Shown here: positions 24,924 through 37,863 of the stretch, in pieces
How positions within the stretch are numbered: the stretch's first letter is position 1
How the letters are laid out: every line of letters starts with the position of its first letter
From: Perna viridis
Taxonomy: Eukaryota
Length of the DNA: 64,000 bases
Direction of reading: 5' to 3'
NCBI GenBank assembly: GCA_037379345.1
Contig: CM074513.1
Location: 49,083,195 to 49,147,194 of the forward strand
Made by a program: the position numbers and the translations under genes
Notes under the pieces: model-generated
What the model was told of the DNA's origin: nothing
What the model saw: only the letters and a program-made list of their open reading frames with translations
Database searches by the model: none

Positions 24924-25290
24924 TAAGAATCATGCAAAATCTGAAAAATGTGATACACCCCCAAAAAGACTACATATTTTTATTTTTGTAATTAAGTTGT
25001 TTTATGGGTCTATACTATGAAATGTGTAATTATTCGTTCAAATCTGCTTGCTCTTAATAGATAATCAACATAGAAAATCCAATAGATTCTATTGTATTTG
25101 AGTGTTATTTACAGATTTATCCCCCTTAATTTTGAACTCTACAGTGCATTCTATATAATATTTATCTCCTAAGAACACAGGTTATATGAAAAACTGAATG
25201 TTAATTTCTGTTTACTATGGCAATTCAAACAAATCACAAATAAAAATATAAAGGCTTTTAAACCAAGAATCACATTTTGCATGATTCTTA
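24924..25290. mobile_element. MITE-like element with TIRs
   Basis: taagaatcatgcaaaat ... attttgcatgattctta, a perfect 17-bp inverted repeat. Confidence 0.65.
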
Positions 25291-25372
25291 GCTGGAGTGT
25301 TACTTAAAATCATATTGATCTTGAACTTGACACATTTTTTCAATTAAACATTAAATTCAAGAGTGAAAGATT

Positions 25373-25630
25373 AATCAAGGGGACCAAGATTCTAGCGGAA
25401 ATCAAAAGAATGTAAAAAAAAGACCAGACATGGAAAACAGACACACACAACAAAGAACATAAAATAACCAAAATAGTACATACAAAGTAACAAAAGTAAA
25501 TTAGCAACTCGGACTCTACTAAAAACTAAAAGCATGGACCGGATGCAACGGTATGGTAAACGTCTTCTTCTTATCTAAAAACACCCGCCAAGTTGATGAA
25601 AGTCCAAGGCAGACGATAGAGGAAAGGAAA
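25373..25630 (-). mobile_element. interspersed repeat family A copy (diverged, inverted)
   Basis: Reverse complement aligns with 48837-49105 (aatcaaggggaccaagattctagcggaaatcaaaagaatgtaa...agaggaaaggaaa). Confidence 0.8.
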
Positions 25631-28600
25631 GCAATTCCAATTTGAATTTTGCTTTTTCAAAATTGTTTGGGTATGGTATGCATATTACGCTGCAATGGTC
25701 TATTTATCGTTTCGATGGCCCATTCAGTGGCCAATCGAAAGGCATACTCTAATTGTGGAAAATTTATCAAAAGACCGACAAAACTTGGATAAGAAGTCAT
25801 TTTAAACTGGCCCGACCTTATACTCCAAAGTGGCAGAAGTGTTACTAATTTTATCATTGCTTGCCAAAACATCAAAAATGAAAGACAATTCTGAAACATT
25901 AGAAACAGAGACGATCTATAATCCTATATAGTAGATAAGAGAACCCAAAAGCATGACAAAAACGAGAAAACACGGAAACAGAAACAATCCTAATTGGTTG
26001 CGTACAACAGTTCATAAAAAAAAGCCAAGGAAAGCTAAAGGCGACAACATCATTATATGACTAGTATAATTTGGATGTGTTTAGAAGTGCATATTTAATC
26101 CTACGACAACTAATCAATTCGATTTCATAAGCTGTCTTAGGCATCCAGGCACGACCAGGTAGCCACCGCTGCAGGTGTCCCGACAAAGGTAGTTTCGCTA
26201 TCCCCTGCACGAGTTGTGGAAGCTCCAGACACAGCTGAGTGAGCCTCCGTTCCACTATCTTATGACATGGGGATGTTTCCCTGTGTTTCTGTATCATTTG
26301 TAAATTACATCAGATGAAAAACAAGAAAGCTTAAAATACTGCATTGACATAATTACCGAGAATACTGCTTTGAACCTGTAGATAGTATTTTTTCAGTTCG
26401 AACCCAGAACAATCACGCTCATTGCATGAAATACTCTCTGAACTGTTTAATTGCATGCCCCTGTAGCAAGCAAAGTGGTAAAAAATACGTAATCTCCGAT
26501 TTCTACAGTTTTTTTTACCAACTGATCGCCAATTCACCAAAATATTCTACATTCAAAATGAAACAACTTCCCAAACTTTGTAGAAATAAAAATTAGTATT
26601 CTGATTATGGCTTTCACGGTGATGTAATTTAAATTACAAATATAGTTTATGGCGTAAATTAATATTGTATAAGATAATTAAACATGAACTATCTCTAATC
26701 ATTAAAATGCCGCCAGAGACTCTTATAAACCCATTTTTCTTTTACACTTTATTACATTTACTAAAACTCTGAAAGGAAAAATTAAAAGGAACGTCATCTC
26801 TAAAATGCATTTATATTCCCACGATACTTCTACTAATCAGCTAGATTTTAATAATCTTCAGTTTCTACTAATTTGCATACTTTCTATAGTTTCTTAGTCA
26901 CAATTAGTTGTTTTCAAAAATCACAAATATGAGAAATAGAACAAAAATGTCAAAACGTATTACAAGTATTAGGTTACTACCCTTTAGAGCAATCACGTGA
27001 CTCGGGCTAGCATTCCTGTGTAAACAGGCAATAGTAAGCAAGATAAATATATCATCTATAAGTCATGTAATATATGAAATTTATATTAGAAATATAATTT
27101 AATTAGTTAAAATATAAACCATTTTATTACTTCATTAAACATATATTGTTTTCTCCTAATAAGCTCGTAAGCTTTGTTTTAATTTCTACACAAATATAAT
27201 GGCAAACTTTCGAAGAAAAAGACATTTATTCAAACCAATATCTATAAAAACTATGATTAAAAATATGAATATCTAGAACTTAAAAGAAAGCTCACATATC
27301 CCACACCCTACATTACTTAACTCATACCAAAATCATGAAATTCTGTTCAGTAGTTTTGAGAGGAGTCGTGATGACATTCAAATGCGTCAAAATTTCTTGG
27401 TTGTATGATGACTACATTTTGTGTTCTTACTGATCACCAAGTTCCATGAAATTATATTCAATATATATAGTTTCAAAGGAGTTGCGACGATAAAAATGTT
27501 CAGTATGTATGTTAGGAAACCAAGTTAAAAGGGACATCAGGTCATTGTTCTATCTGTATTCAAATGATATATAAAGAATGCTAAAACCGGTAGAACTCTT
27601 ACAAATATCAGAAATGCTGGAAAAAAGACAAAGTATTAAAAACAGATACTTCAAAATATTATAAGAAATAAATCCATCTAACTCAACATACATTTAACAA
27701 TAAATAATTCCTCGACCAGAACATTATTAGTACTTAAACATACCAGAACATAATGCTCATAAACTTTCAGGGAAAATCATTCAAAGTAAACAAAGTTTAT
27801 TGTTATGATGAACTGAGTCGATGACGACACTGTGGAATCTAACTTGGTTATGGTAAGTCAGAAACATTGATTATAGACTCTAATAGATAAATCACACCAA
27901 TAACATGGTTAACAACAACAAGTGCCAAAACATAAATACAAACTAAATGTTCAGCTATCATTTCACTAATAAAAAAAAGTGCATAAATCTCGGTCCAAAT
28001 GATTATTCTGACTGGTAGAATAAATTGTCAGGCTCATCAAAATTTCCTTCTGCCATATTGCCTATACCTCTTGATTTATTTCCTCCGTTTATGAAGAGTT
28101 AAATCATGGAAGTAATTATACTTATTATAACTAGAACAAGTCCCAATTTCAGATAATAGACGTATCTTTAATTTCCGTAACTGAAACTGACAAAACATAA
28201 TTCAAGATAATGACAGCGAATTAGAACAGAATTATTCTAGTAATTAAGCATTCATGGCGGACATTTTTGGTACACTTGTTAAAATCGAATTGCTTCCATT
28301 TCTAATAGCTAGGGGAAAAAGAACATTTGACATAAAATAACTTATACCTGTCACATGGATATTTCCAAGTTGTAATGAGTAACTTAACTACCTTTGGTAA
28401 CTACTAGGAACATTTAGGATCAGGACTTTACATGCTTTATTTGGGAATTTGAGTATACAAATGTATGCCTGTAACACGAACAATTCAACATTAATTTGTT
28501 AAACCCAAAAATCATAAGCATGTACTATAGAAGTGAAGTGCTTCATCCAAACCTCTTTTTGACACGAAAACTTACACCTCGGTTAACTTGACAAAAATGC

Positions 28601-29159
28601 ATGTTTGTAATTCCCGGTAGAAATGTTTTAATCTTTTGACTAATTGTACATTTTCTCAATAAGAAGGTATATAAACGAAATGCAGGATAATTTTTCGCAC
28701 CGGTCTTTCATCATTCAAAAAATATATGCAGCATCAAAATATGGGGAAAGAAAGAGAGTGAGAAAGAAAGATAAGAATGCATGGATAAGATAGAATAATC
28801 TTTTCCATATATACTAAGTCAGTAAAATGCAACATATGTTTACTTCGTCAAAATCAGTATTTACTACGGGAATAACTCTATAATTAATCTGTTATCACAG
28901 AGTTGCACACGATGATATTGTTACTTAATAAATTTCATTTTATTTTGATGATAGGGTGTTAAATTCAGTTGTTTTGGGTTACTTATAGGAGATACAATAC
29001 GTAGCATATATAGAACCTGAACTTTGTATGTTTTCCGAAGGATAGCACGAGGAATTTTTAGGCGGTTATGAGGGTGGGTCATTTAAGTTATATTAATACT
29101 CAGGTAGTGGACATTCCGTAACCGAAAGTGCACACGGTAACTTCCGTAGTACTTACTGC

Positions 29160-29341
29160 TTTTATTTTTTTTGGTCGTTCCCTTCGCGGGACTCGAACTC
29201 GTACCGTTGTGACATATATGGCAACACAACCCTAGACTAATCCTACGAGGAAGAATGCCTCGGCCAGCGAAAGCTACATTAATTATATAGCCTAGTTGGC
29301 CGAGTGGTCTAGGGCGCTGGACTTGCATCGATGTTCGAACT
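29160..29341. mobile_element. tRNA-derived (SINE-like) repeat with two divergent arms
   Basis: A box TGGCCGAGTGG at 29297 (+) with GTTCGAAC at 29333, and a B box GAGTTCGAGTCCC on the minus strand at 29200-29188. Related copy at 50176-50340. Confidence 0.65.
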
Positions 29342-29691
29342 TAAGTATGAAATGCTTTAAATTGGGAGCATAGCGATGCAGAATTTAATTCTATATATTA
29401 TATATCAATACAATCTTTTGATCCCACCGAAGTGGACAGATTGCTCAGGTTTTGTTAGTTGTACATGGAACAGTGACGAAGTGATGTAGACCGTTCATGA
29501 AAGGGATGGGGGAACTATGAAGTAATGATGCTTATGCAACTACATACCAGACACAACTGAACAAGACCTAACCAGAAAACTCAACATAACGTCTTAACGT
29601 CAAATTTGAAATTTCGAAGTAAACAGACCATGACTGCAGGGGAATATGCATGCGATGGATACAAAATTGTTTATGCAACCTATACTTATTA

Positions 29692-29820
29692 TTTACTGGA
29701 TATTAGAAGAAAAGTACATTTATTTTCACTGAGGTACAACTATTACCCGAGGTGTAGCAAAGGGCAATAGATGTAACCGAGGGGAAAATAAACTTACTTT
29801 TCCCCGAATATACAGTCGGT
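29692..29820. mobile_element. short palindromic MITE-like element
   Basis: gaaaagtacatttattttcac.gaggtaca.ctatt.ccc / gggcaatagatgtaaccgagggg aaaataaacttacttttc. Confidence 0.6.
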
Positions 29821-30547
29821 AAGTGTTTTATTACACCGAAAGAGACAATAGACACAAATTCATAACAAAGACTGAAAGAGACAACATACTAGTTCCAAGG
29901 AAATTAGGAACACCATATACCTATTCTAGTAGTTTCATACAGTCATATTTCTTTTACCTCGAAGAGACAACAGACACGCATATCGACTTGTCGACTGGGC
30001 ACCGTCTAAAATCTACGGACTGGACCTTGAATGACGATGAATCCCGAGAATTCCAAATGGAGTGTTAAAAACCTAGCCAATAATATAATTGCGTTTGTGT
30101 CAAATAATTACGAAATCGTCTTGTGGCGCGTCATCAGAATAGTAACACTATTCACATAACTTTGTAAAGAAAAAATATACTGAGGTATAATAATGATAAT
30201 GATGCTGATACTACTGTATACAAAATATGATTGAAGTGCTTGTACGTATTAAACTGATGCCGGAAAAGTAATTTACCAAGTCCAATTTACCAATTGACCT
30301 AGTTCCACTTTTCGCGACAACCGTCGCAGACGAGACAAAAAGCTATTCCATTAGCATACAACTGTTATCACTGCATTTGTCTGAAGCGTTTGTAAGAAAA
30401 AAAATCGGAAAACTGGCATTCCAACTGGTATTCCAATCGCTTTTATAATTATGACAAACTCAGATTGATCAGCGAATTTATCACTTTAAAATCCGGCAGA
30501 ATTTCGATGAAGCATTTAACATTGAGTAAAATCATTTTTGCGTGACT

Positions 30548-30842
30548 AGTGGATAGACGGACGAAATGTAAACCATTAGTGCCCTTTTGTTTTCGATAGG
30601 GTATAAACGGACGGAAAGTAAACCATAAGTGCCTACGGTTCCAGATAGGGGATGGACGGACGGAATGTAAACTTTAGTGCCCTACGGGTCTCGATAGGGA
30701 ATGGACGGAATGAAAACCATTAGTGCCCGTCAGTTCACGATAGGGGATAGACTGGCGGAATGTAAACCATTAGTGTCGGACCTCGATAGTGGATAGACGG
30801 ACGGAATGTAAACCATCGGTGCCATTTGGTTCTCGATAGGGA
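30548..30842 (+). repeat. about 43-bp tandem array of Helentron/HINE-like terminal modules, about 7 copies
   Basis: Unit gacggacggaatgtaaaccattagtgccctacggttctcgataggg(g)at. Confidence 0.85.
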
Positions 30843-32141
30843 AGTAACCTCTATAAACAAGTTTTAAAGACTACCAGATCTACGTAATTTTTGGATATTT
30901 GATGGTATTGATTTATAATTCTCAGATCAAGAAAAATATTTTCTGAGACTGCAGCATGTACAAGGAGGAAGTATATATAATTCAAAAGATCATTACAGTG
31001 AGCCTTCAAACTTGACGCAAATGGACGGCGACTTTAATTGCCTTTTTGAGATGATATGCATATTTATTTCTCCACAATAAAATTACATGTCAAATGCAGT
31101 ATTGCATTAAAAAATAACGTATATTTGTATTTTGCCCAAAGACAGCGCAAGATAATTTATGGAATACTGAAAGTCTACAGAGAATATAGCAATTAACAAT
31201 CAAGTTAACAAGAAATAATGCTCCATAATTAAGACAAACATTTTTTTCTGGTTAAAACTAGATACAAAAATAATTTGTGTAGCCAGATGAAACGGTGCTT
31301 TCCTTTTCCCTTTAACTAACACTATTTAAGAATTCTATAATTTTAAAAATACACATTACAGAATAAGCGTTTATATTCAAATTATAAATACAAAATGCGG
31401 ATGAAATGAGACATTTTTGTAAAGGCTAAAATCATTAGTGGAAATCAATTTGAAAGCACCCACACACAATAACCAAATGAAATGCTCTGCGGGACAAAGC
31501 TTGGTACAACCGCAGGGATCCAACCAGAAACAGTTGAAGCAACAACTCTATTTCTAATTGTCATTAAATTTTCGACATAGCATAGATTGAAAACAAAGAA
31601 AAAGTTTAGTCATAAACCATAACATTATAGAATTAAATGGCAACTTTATATGGTTCGAATTCGAAAATCAAAATTTACGGCTAGAATTAGTTTAATTAAC
31701 ATTTTCTTTTTCTGTTAAAATAAATATAAATATTAATTTTGTTTACATTCTACATACATGTACTAAAGAACACAGAATTTCTTTAAATTAAACAAAATTT
31801 AACTTGGACCCTATATGAAAAATGGTTGAATTTTTTTTTAAAATCATAATAACGGTTGTTTTATCCGCCAAAGCTGGAATTCTGAATCCATCTTCAAAGT
31901 TAAAGGGAGCAAAGGTGACCAAAAACTGAGCTGTGATAATCATTTAGATTCAGCATATCGAAGAATCCCGAATGTTCATATCTTATCAAAACATATAAAA
32001 ATTAATTTCTGACTTTCGTGTGGAGCAACTTATATGGAGCCAAAAACCAAAATATCTACGTGCACAATTAGAATCATACATCAAAGAATCTCAAAAATTC
32101 AAGACAACTGAAAGATATAAGCAATTATACACAAAACATAA

Positions 32142-32330
32142 CAGGGGCGTAGCTGAATATAAGCAAATACGCAGTTGTGTACTTTCGGAAAAAGTAACAA
32201 AAATAAAAACACACATTTTAAAGATGAAATAAAGGTTTTATGCAATGACTCACTGGGGGCCTTGAGCGACCCCCCAAGACCCCTCGCCGTAATTTTGAGT
32301 ACAAATAAAACAGGCCTAGCTACGCCCCTC
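32142..32330. mobile_element. non-autonomous DNA transposon (hAT-like MITE)
   Basis: TIRs caggggcgtagct / agctacgcccct(c). Flanks aaacataa / aataataa match at 6/8, possibly a decayed 8-bp TSD. Confidence 0.7.
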
Positions 32331-33994
32331 AATAATAATTGCTCGTTTTTATCCCAACCCCAAGAATTAATTTGGATTTACTTTTGTGGGGTTGAATCTA
32401 CCGACAACGGTTGTCATTACGACCACCAAGTAAATAATGTTCTTAAAGCATTGCTTGGAACACCACAACACATTTTCAATAGCATTAATCAGAAATAGTT
32501 TCCGAGTCTTTCTGATTATAATCAAGGGTAACAACTCTTACAAAGATCTATCGTAAGGAATAAATCTACAATTTTATCTGTACTCCTCAATCAAGAATTT
32601 CTGAAGTAGACTATGAAATTCTTATTTCCAATATACCGGTAGGTCTGCAACTGTACATACTAAAATATATAACTGTTTCTCAGAAGCTTGAATTGAAAAT
32701 AAACAGAAAACTGTTTTGTAACTTATTCCTCATCCAGTAATTGTAGGTCGAGAAGACGCTTTTTATGTGATAGTGAAATTTACAAGATAATTTCAAGATA
32801 CATTAGCTGTTGGAGTGAGGATCAATTTTACTTCATATATATAAAATCTGCAAAATTCACTTTTAAAAAATCTACTAGCTATCTAACGGATTATGAGATT
32901 ATAAAGTTTGTACATAGTTCTAATCTCATCACGGCATATCAGAGTGGTTTCGTCTACTGAGAAAAATCAACAGGCTTATTATACTCCTTAATTTTATTTT
33001 ATTTTTGCGTTCTATAAGAATGTATTTAAATATATATGCTATAACAGGACGTCGGTATTTTAGAACAAATAAAACTTTTTTTCTGTACCTTTAATGGATA
33101 TGAAAACTAATCAGAGGCGTTTCTAGTATTCAGGAATTCTCGGCAATAGTTTCGATGACTAAGCGTTTCTGGTGCCAAAGGACATTGGGGTGATATACTA
33201 ACTGCGTCGGTAAAAAACGTCATACAGACGTAAATATCTTCTATAAGATTTACTTGAATTATATTCCTAATGAATCTATTTCAGACATGACAAGAAAAGA
33301 CAAAACGGTCATTAAACTGCCTACAATTTCCAACACAACATGTCCGTTTTATAATAAAAATTAAAATTATGCAACAGGAGCTTTTACACACACAATCTCC
33401 ATGTCAAATCTAGCCCATAAAATAGGGTAAAATATTTCCTTCTTGCTCTAGGAGAGTAGAAGTTGATGTTTGTTACGCTACTAGAAGGTAGATGGTCGCA
33501 TTTCAGTTGATAAATATGCCATTAAATTTGTAGCCTCCATCATTTCGGAATGACATTATTTTACAACGTTCCTAATTGTTATTATCATGAAACGCATGAC
33601 GAAGCAACAACAAAAAAAGCAGCAACACGACAATGCTTATTAAATAGATTAAAATATAAGGTTGTCGTCAGAACAAGACTGGTGATGACATACGTCATCC
33701 GCGTGAACATTGAACTAGTAATTTCCAAAATGTACACAAAGGAATTGGGGATTCTAACAAAACCCTTCTAAAACAACAAAAAACAGCATGGTAAGCAAAA
33801 GACATAGAATCACGTATCTTGACAAACAGATCACAATTTTCAGGTTAATGACATAATTGTCACAAGCATTACAACCATCAAATAACTTGACATGCGGTTT
33901 ACATTAAGCACATAGCCAGACATAAAGATAACAACTATCACACATGGAACTAGACACATAGAACTGTCAAATAGTCAAATAAATTACAACAAAC

Positions 33995-34425
33995 AAATAG
34001 CTAGGCACAAAGATAAAAACCATCATATAGCTAAACACATAGATCACACTCATCATAAAGCTAGATAGATGAATCACACCCATCATAAAGCTAGACAAAT
34101 TGGTTACACCCGTTATAAAGCTAGACAGACGAATCACACCGATCATAAAGCTGGACAAAGTGGTTACACCAATCATAAAGCGAGAAATATAGATCACACC
34201 AATAATAAAGCTAGAAAGATGGACACACCCATCATAAAGCTAGTAAACAAATATATTACACCCATAATTTAGCTAATCACATAGATCACGCCTATTATAA
34301 AGCTAGATACGCAAATCCCTTCCATCATTAAGTCAAACAGATTGATCACAATCATCATAAAACTAGAAACATAGGTTACATTCATCATAAAGCTAGACAC
34401 AGATTACACCCATCAAATAGCTAAA
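33995..34425. repeat. 30-bp diverged minisatellite, about 14 copies
   Basis: Consensus catcataaagctagacaaatagatcacacc. Confidence 0.9.
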
Positions 34426-34536
34426 TACAGAGATTGCAAACTCGCTAAAGATAGACAAATACTTTACAAACACCATATAGATCAAACCTACGGTATCATA
34501 TACTAATAACTAGACAAACAGCTTACATCGATATGC

Positions 34537-34753
34537 CGTGATAGCTACCCGACTGAGGTGGCCGTGATCGCTTCCTGATTGAGGTTGGCCGTGATAGCCT
34601 CCCGATTGAAGTTGGTATTGATAGCTTCCCGATTAAGGATGGCTGTGGTAGTTTCTCGATTGAGGTTGACTGTGATAGCTTCTCGATTGAGGTTGGGTGT
34701 GATAGCCTCCCGATTGAGGTTGGCTGTGATTGCTTCCCGATGGATGTTGGCCA
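34537..34753. repeat. 27-bp minisatellite, about 8 copies
   Basis: Consensus gtgatagc(c/t)tcccgattgaggttggc(c/t). Confidence 0.9.
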
Positions 34754-37339
34754 TGTTAACACAGAAAATTATCAATATCCTTGAAATTTGATACTGACAG
34801 AAATAATTTTATTCAAGAATCATATTTCGTTTCACGTAATCTTTTTAGGGGAGAAACAATTTTTTTTCATTTAAGATAGAAACATTACCCCGTAAGTAAG
34901 TGGGGATTGGCTAATTAGTGTATTACTGTCTGATGACGTCACAATAACTGATCCAACAGTTTCTATGGACGAACACCATGATGTAACGTTAACGAGCCAA
35001 TGTGTGTAATGGAGACATGCAAGTAACGGATGTCATAAAAAGGATGTTCGTTAAAAGTGCCTTCAAACTTACAGAAAGGAAACTTTAATTAGTTTCTTTT
35101 CAAAATGTCTTGCAGTTACTCTGGGGCCAAAAGCAAAATCTATATGATATTCCTGTCACTTGAAGAAATAAAAAAATATAAAAACCTATCTTTGTGTAAT
35201 TACTGACTTAAATTATGTAGGGGCCAATGACGTATTAGTATAAACAATAAATGCCAATGTATATCAGTGACGACCACACCATTTATAAGAATATAATATA
35301 AAGTGCATAAAGGATCCACGCAGAAGAACAGGGAGGAAATGAATCAACTACTTTGTCAGATTTGCAGGCTATGGTAATAATAAACGGTTTAACAATGCCT
35401 TTCAAAGGATCACAGAAAATAACTACAAATATATCATCCAAGTGTAGCATATATTAAACTTTTACATTCCACAGATAATATTAGTCTTAGTATTGTTTTG
35501 TCGAACTTTTATTTATAACGTAAACGTAATGGGTCTGACATCTCGATTTTTCAGTTTTGAAATCAATAGAATAGCTAACAAAATTGATTCATCAAAGGCG
35601 CAAAGCACATTTAAATTATTTATTTATTTCATTTGCATACTCGTGGGATGATGTCTTTCCGGCATATATCCAATGTCAATCCTATTTATTGCATCCGTTA
35701 CCAAAACCATGAAATCGAACCTCGATATCTGTTGACTTTAAATCATTCTTTCGGTACCAGTTCAATATCACGAAGGAAAACAGTCGACAAAAGATAAAAT
35801 CCGTCTAGCTGGTAATAGATTAGTTAATATTCGTAATGGATGGTTAGGTAATTCAGAACTGTCATGATTTCAATTACTGGCTATTCTACGTGGACAATGA
35901 TTGAAGACGGAAGCCAGTTCAAGTTGAACAGCGGAAGAACCGTCAAATTGGTATCCTATTTAGGTCACTATCTTAGCACTGACCAGAACAATCAGGTCGT
36001 AAAATGTATATAATACAACAAACAAGGATTTTATGGACAAAGAAAACATGAAGTTGCCATACCAGGTATGCTCCACTCAATATAGAAAGTTTGTATCAAG
36101 ACTAAGAGAGAGTTGTGGTACCCAGTGTGCATTAATAACTCATCAAAGTTAAGCTGCAGATCAAAATTCAAATTATTACCATCTGAAAGAGCAGACTTTT
36201 TGCGAATGGAATTTTAACTATCATGCACATGTGCGTGAAGAATAGTTTACTTACCAATAATAGGTTTTTACAAGACCTCAATATCTTATTTGTGAGCTTA
36301 AACAATGTTATGTCAGATCAAAATAACAGCACATAAAATGCCTGAATAAAGAGGCCAGACTTCTTGCATATCAAGACCGTGAGATACATGCATAAAATTT
36401 CTTTCAGGCAGAAAATCTTAACGCCGCACTGCTTTTCTCTGACGTTATAACATCAGAGAAACGATGGTCATATTACAAGGCCTTTCAATACAATGTTCAT
36501 AGTTCTGTACTACAACTAGAATTTACATGCCAAAAAATTAATTACAGTCTAACATAAGGTAATCTATCTTCACAATAGATAATCAACCAAAGGTTGACAT
36601 TAGAGAGACAATAATAAATATGACAAACCGTATCCATATGCTGGTCACAGAACTCTCCCGTAATAGGCTCCAGACATTACGATTGCAGTAATTCGTGATG
36701 GAATAATGATTTGGACTAATAGTTCTAAGAAACAATTTTGAAAACTTGTCAAAAACATTTAACTATTAGTAAAACTATTAAGAAGACAGTTGGATCTTAA
36801 TGACAATTTTCAGACCTGTATAATTCATGAGGGATTATCTAGTTCTATATAGCAATGTCTATATTCCATGGTGTCTAAATATAAATGGGATAAAAATGAG
36901 TATAGAACATCATTTAAAAAACACAATAACCCAGACATTTAATGAAGAGTAAGTGACTTATATTTTTTTTACCGGCAAGGGTGGTGGGTCCCTCATTTCT
37001 GATTTGGGATAATTTTCTAAGAAGAAAGTCACTTTAAAGGGGTCACTTTTTGTGTGTGTAGAAAATCAAAAGGGGACATTTGACATATCTTTTATAGTTT
37101 CTTACCCCTAGGGAGTGTCTGTATGTGCATTGATTTCAAGTGGTCAGTGTTTCATCTGTTTTCTTGATTTACAATCTCGCTATAGTCAAATTTTGAGAGA
37201 GAAAAAACCTTCGTTCTCATTATGTTCAAATATATGCGTTGTTATCAAGCAAAGAAAATGAGGAGAAGGTTGTTGTATAAATGAAATAATTTGTATCTTG
37301 TGTGTAAGATTTCTTTTTTTCAAGTGACTATGACATTGA

Positions 37340-37863
37340 TGTTTGTTTGTTTGTTTGTTGGGGTTTAACGCCCGAGCAGCAATATTTCAGCTATATTCAG
37401 GCGATGAACATGAAGTGGATGATAAAATGAACATAAAATGATGATGAAATGAAAAATGGGATGGGACACAAGGATAATAGGGTCGACAAATTTTGACTGC
37501 CACTGGAAATAGGGAGAGGTGGGTAGGGTCGGGCAATTTAGCCTCCTGTGGCGGAGCCCTATGGTTCCTACTCCGGGAGAATACCACAGTAGAGTTTTCT
37601 AACGTGCGAGGAATGTGGCATCTTTCCCAACACTGTGCACCACTATGGTTGGCAGTCAGGTTTTCCGTATTATAGCCTGACAACCTCAGCATGTAACATA
37701 CCAGGGGTACCCCATTCCACCACCTGGGGCACACAATCCAGTTGCTCTGTGGGCAGAGCGCCCTAGTCCCCGACTAAGGTTCTGAGCACTATTTAGTCGC
37801 CTTTTACGACAAGCTTAGCACTGCTGCCGGCCTATTCTTTTGACAGCCGGACCTGCACAGGTC
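37340..37863 (-). mobile_element. young non-autonomous non-LTR retroelement with (CAAA)n tail and structured non-tRNA head
   Basis: Minus-strand tail ...gctgaaatattgctgctcgggcgttaaacccc(aaca)n. 13-bp TSD actatgacattga (37327-37339) / attatgacaatga (37864-37876). GC-rich compared with the flanks. Confidence 0.85.

Noticed and set aside
29290-29341. Functional tRNA-Leu/Ser gene
   Set aside because: Only the D-arm/A-box region is tRNA-like. There is no complete cloverleaf or acceptor stem, and it is part of an interspersed repeat.
34523-34791. Repetitive ORFs on both strands (NLNREAITA / RLAVIASRL)
   Set aside because: By-product of a stop-free 27-bp minisatellite, with no splice or homology support. 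The same applies to ORFs at 33967-34272, 40960-41151 and 48356-48810.
37387-37734. 115-aa and 60-aa ORFs in the GC-rich element
   Set aside because: They lie inside a TSD-bounded non-autonomous retroelement and show no recognisable domain.
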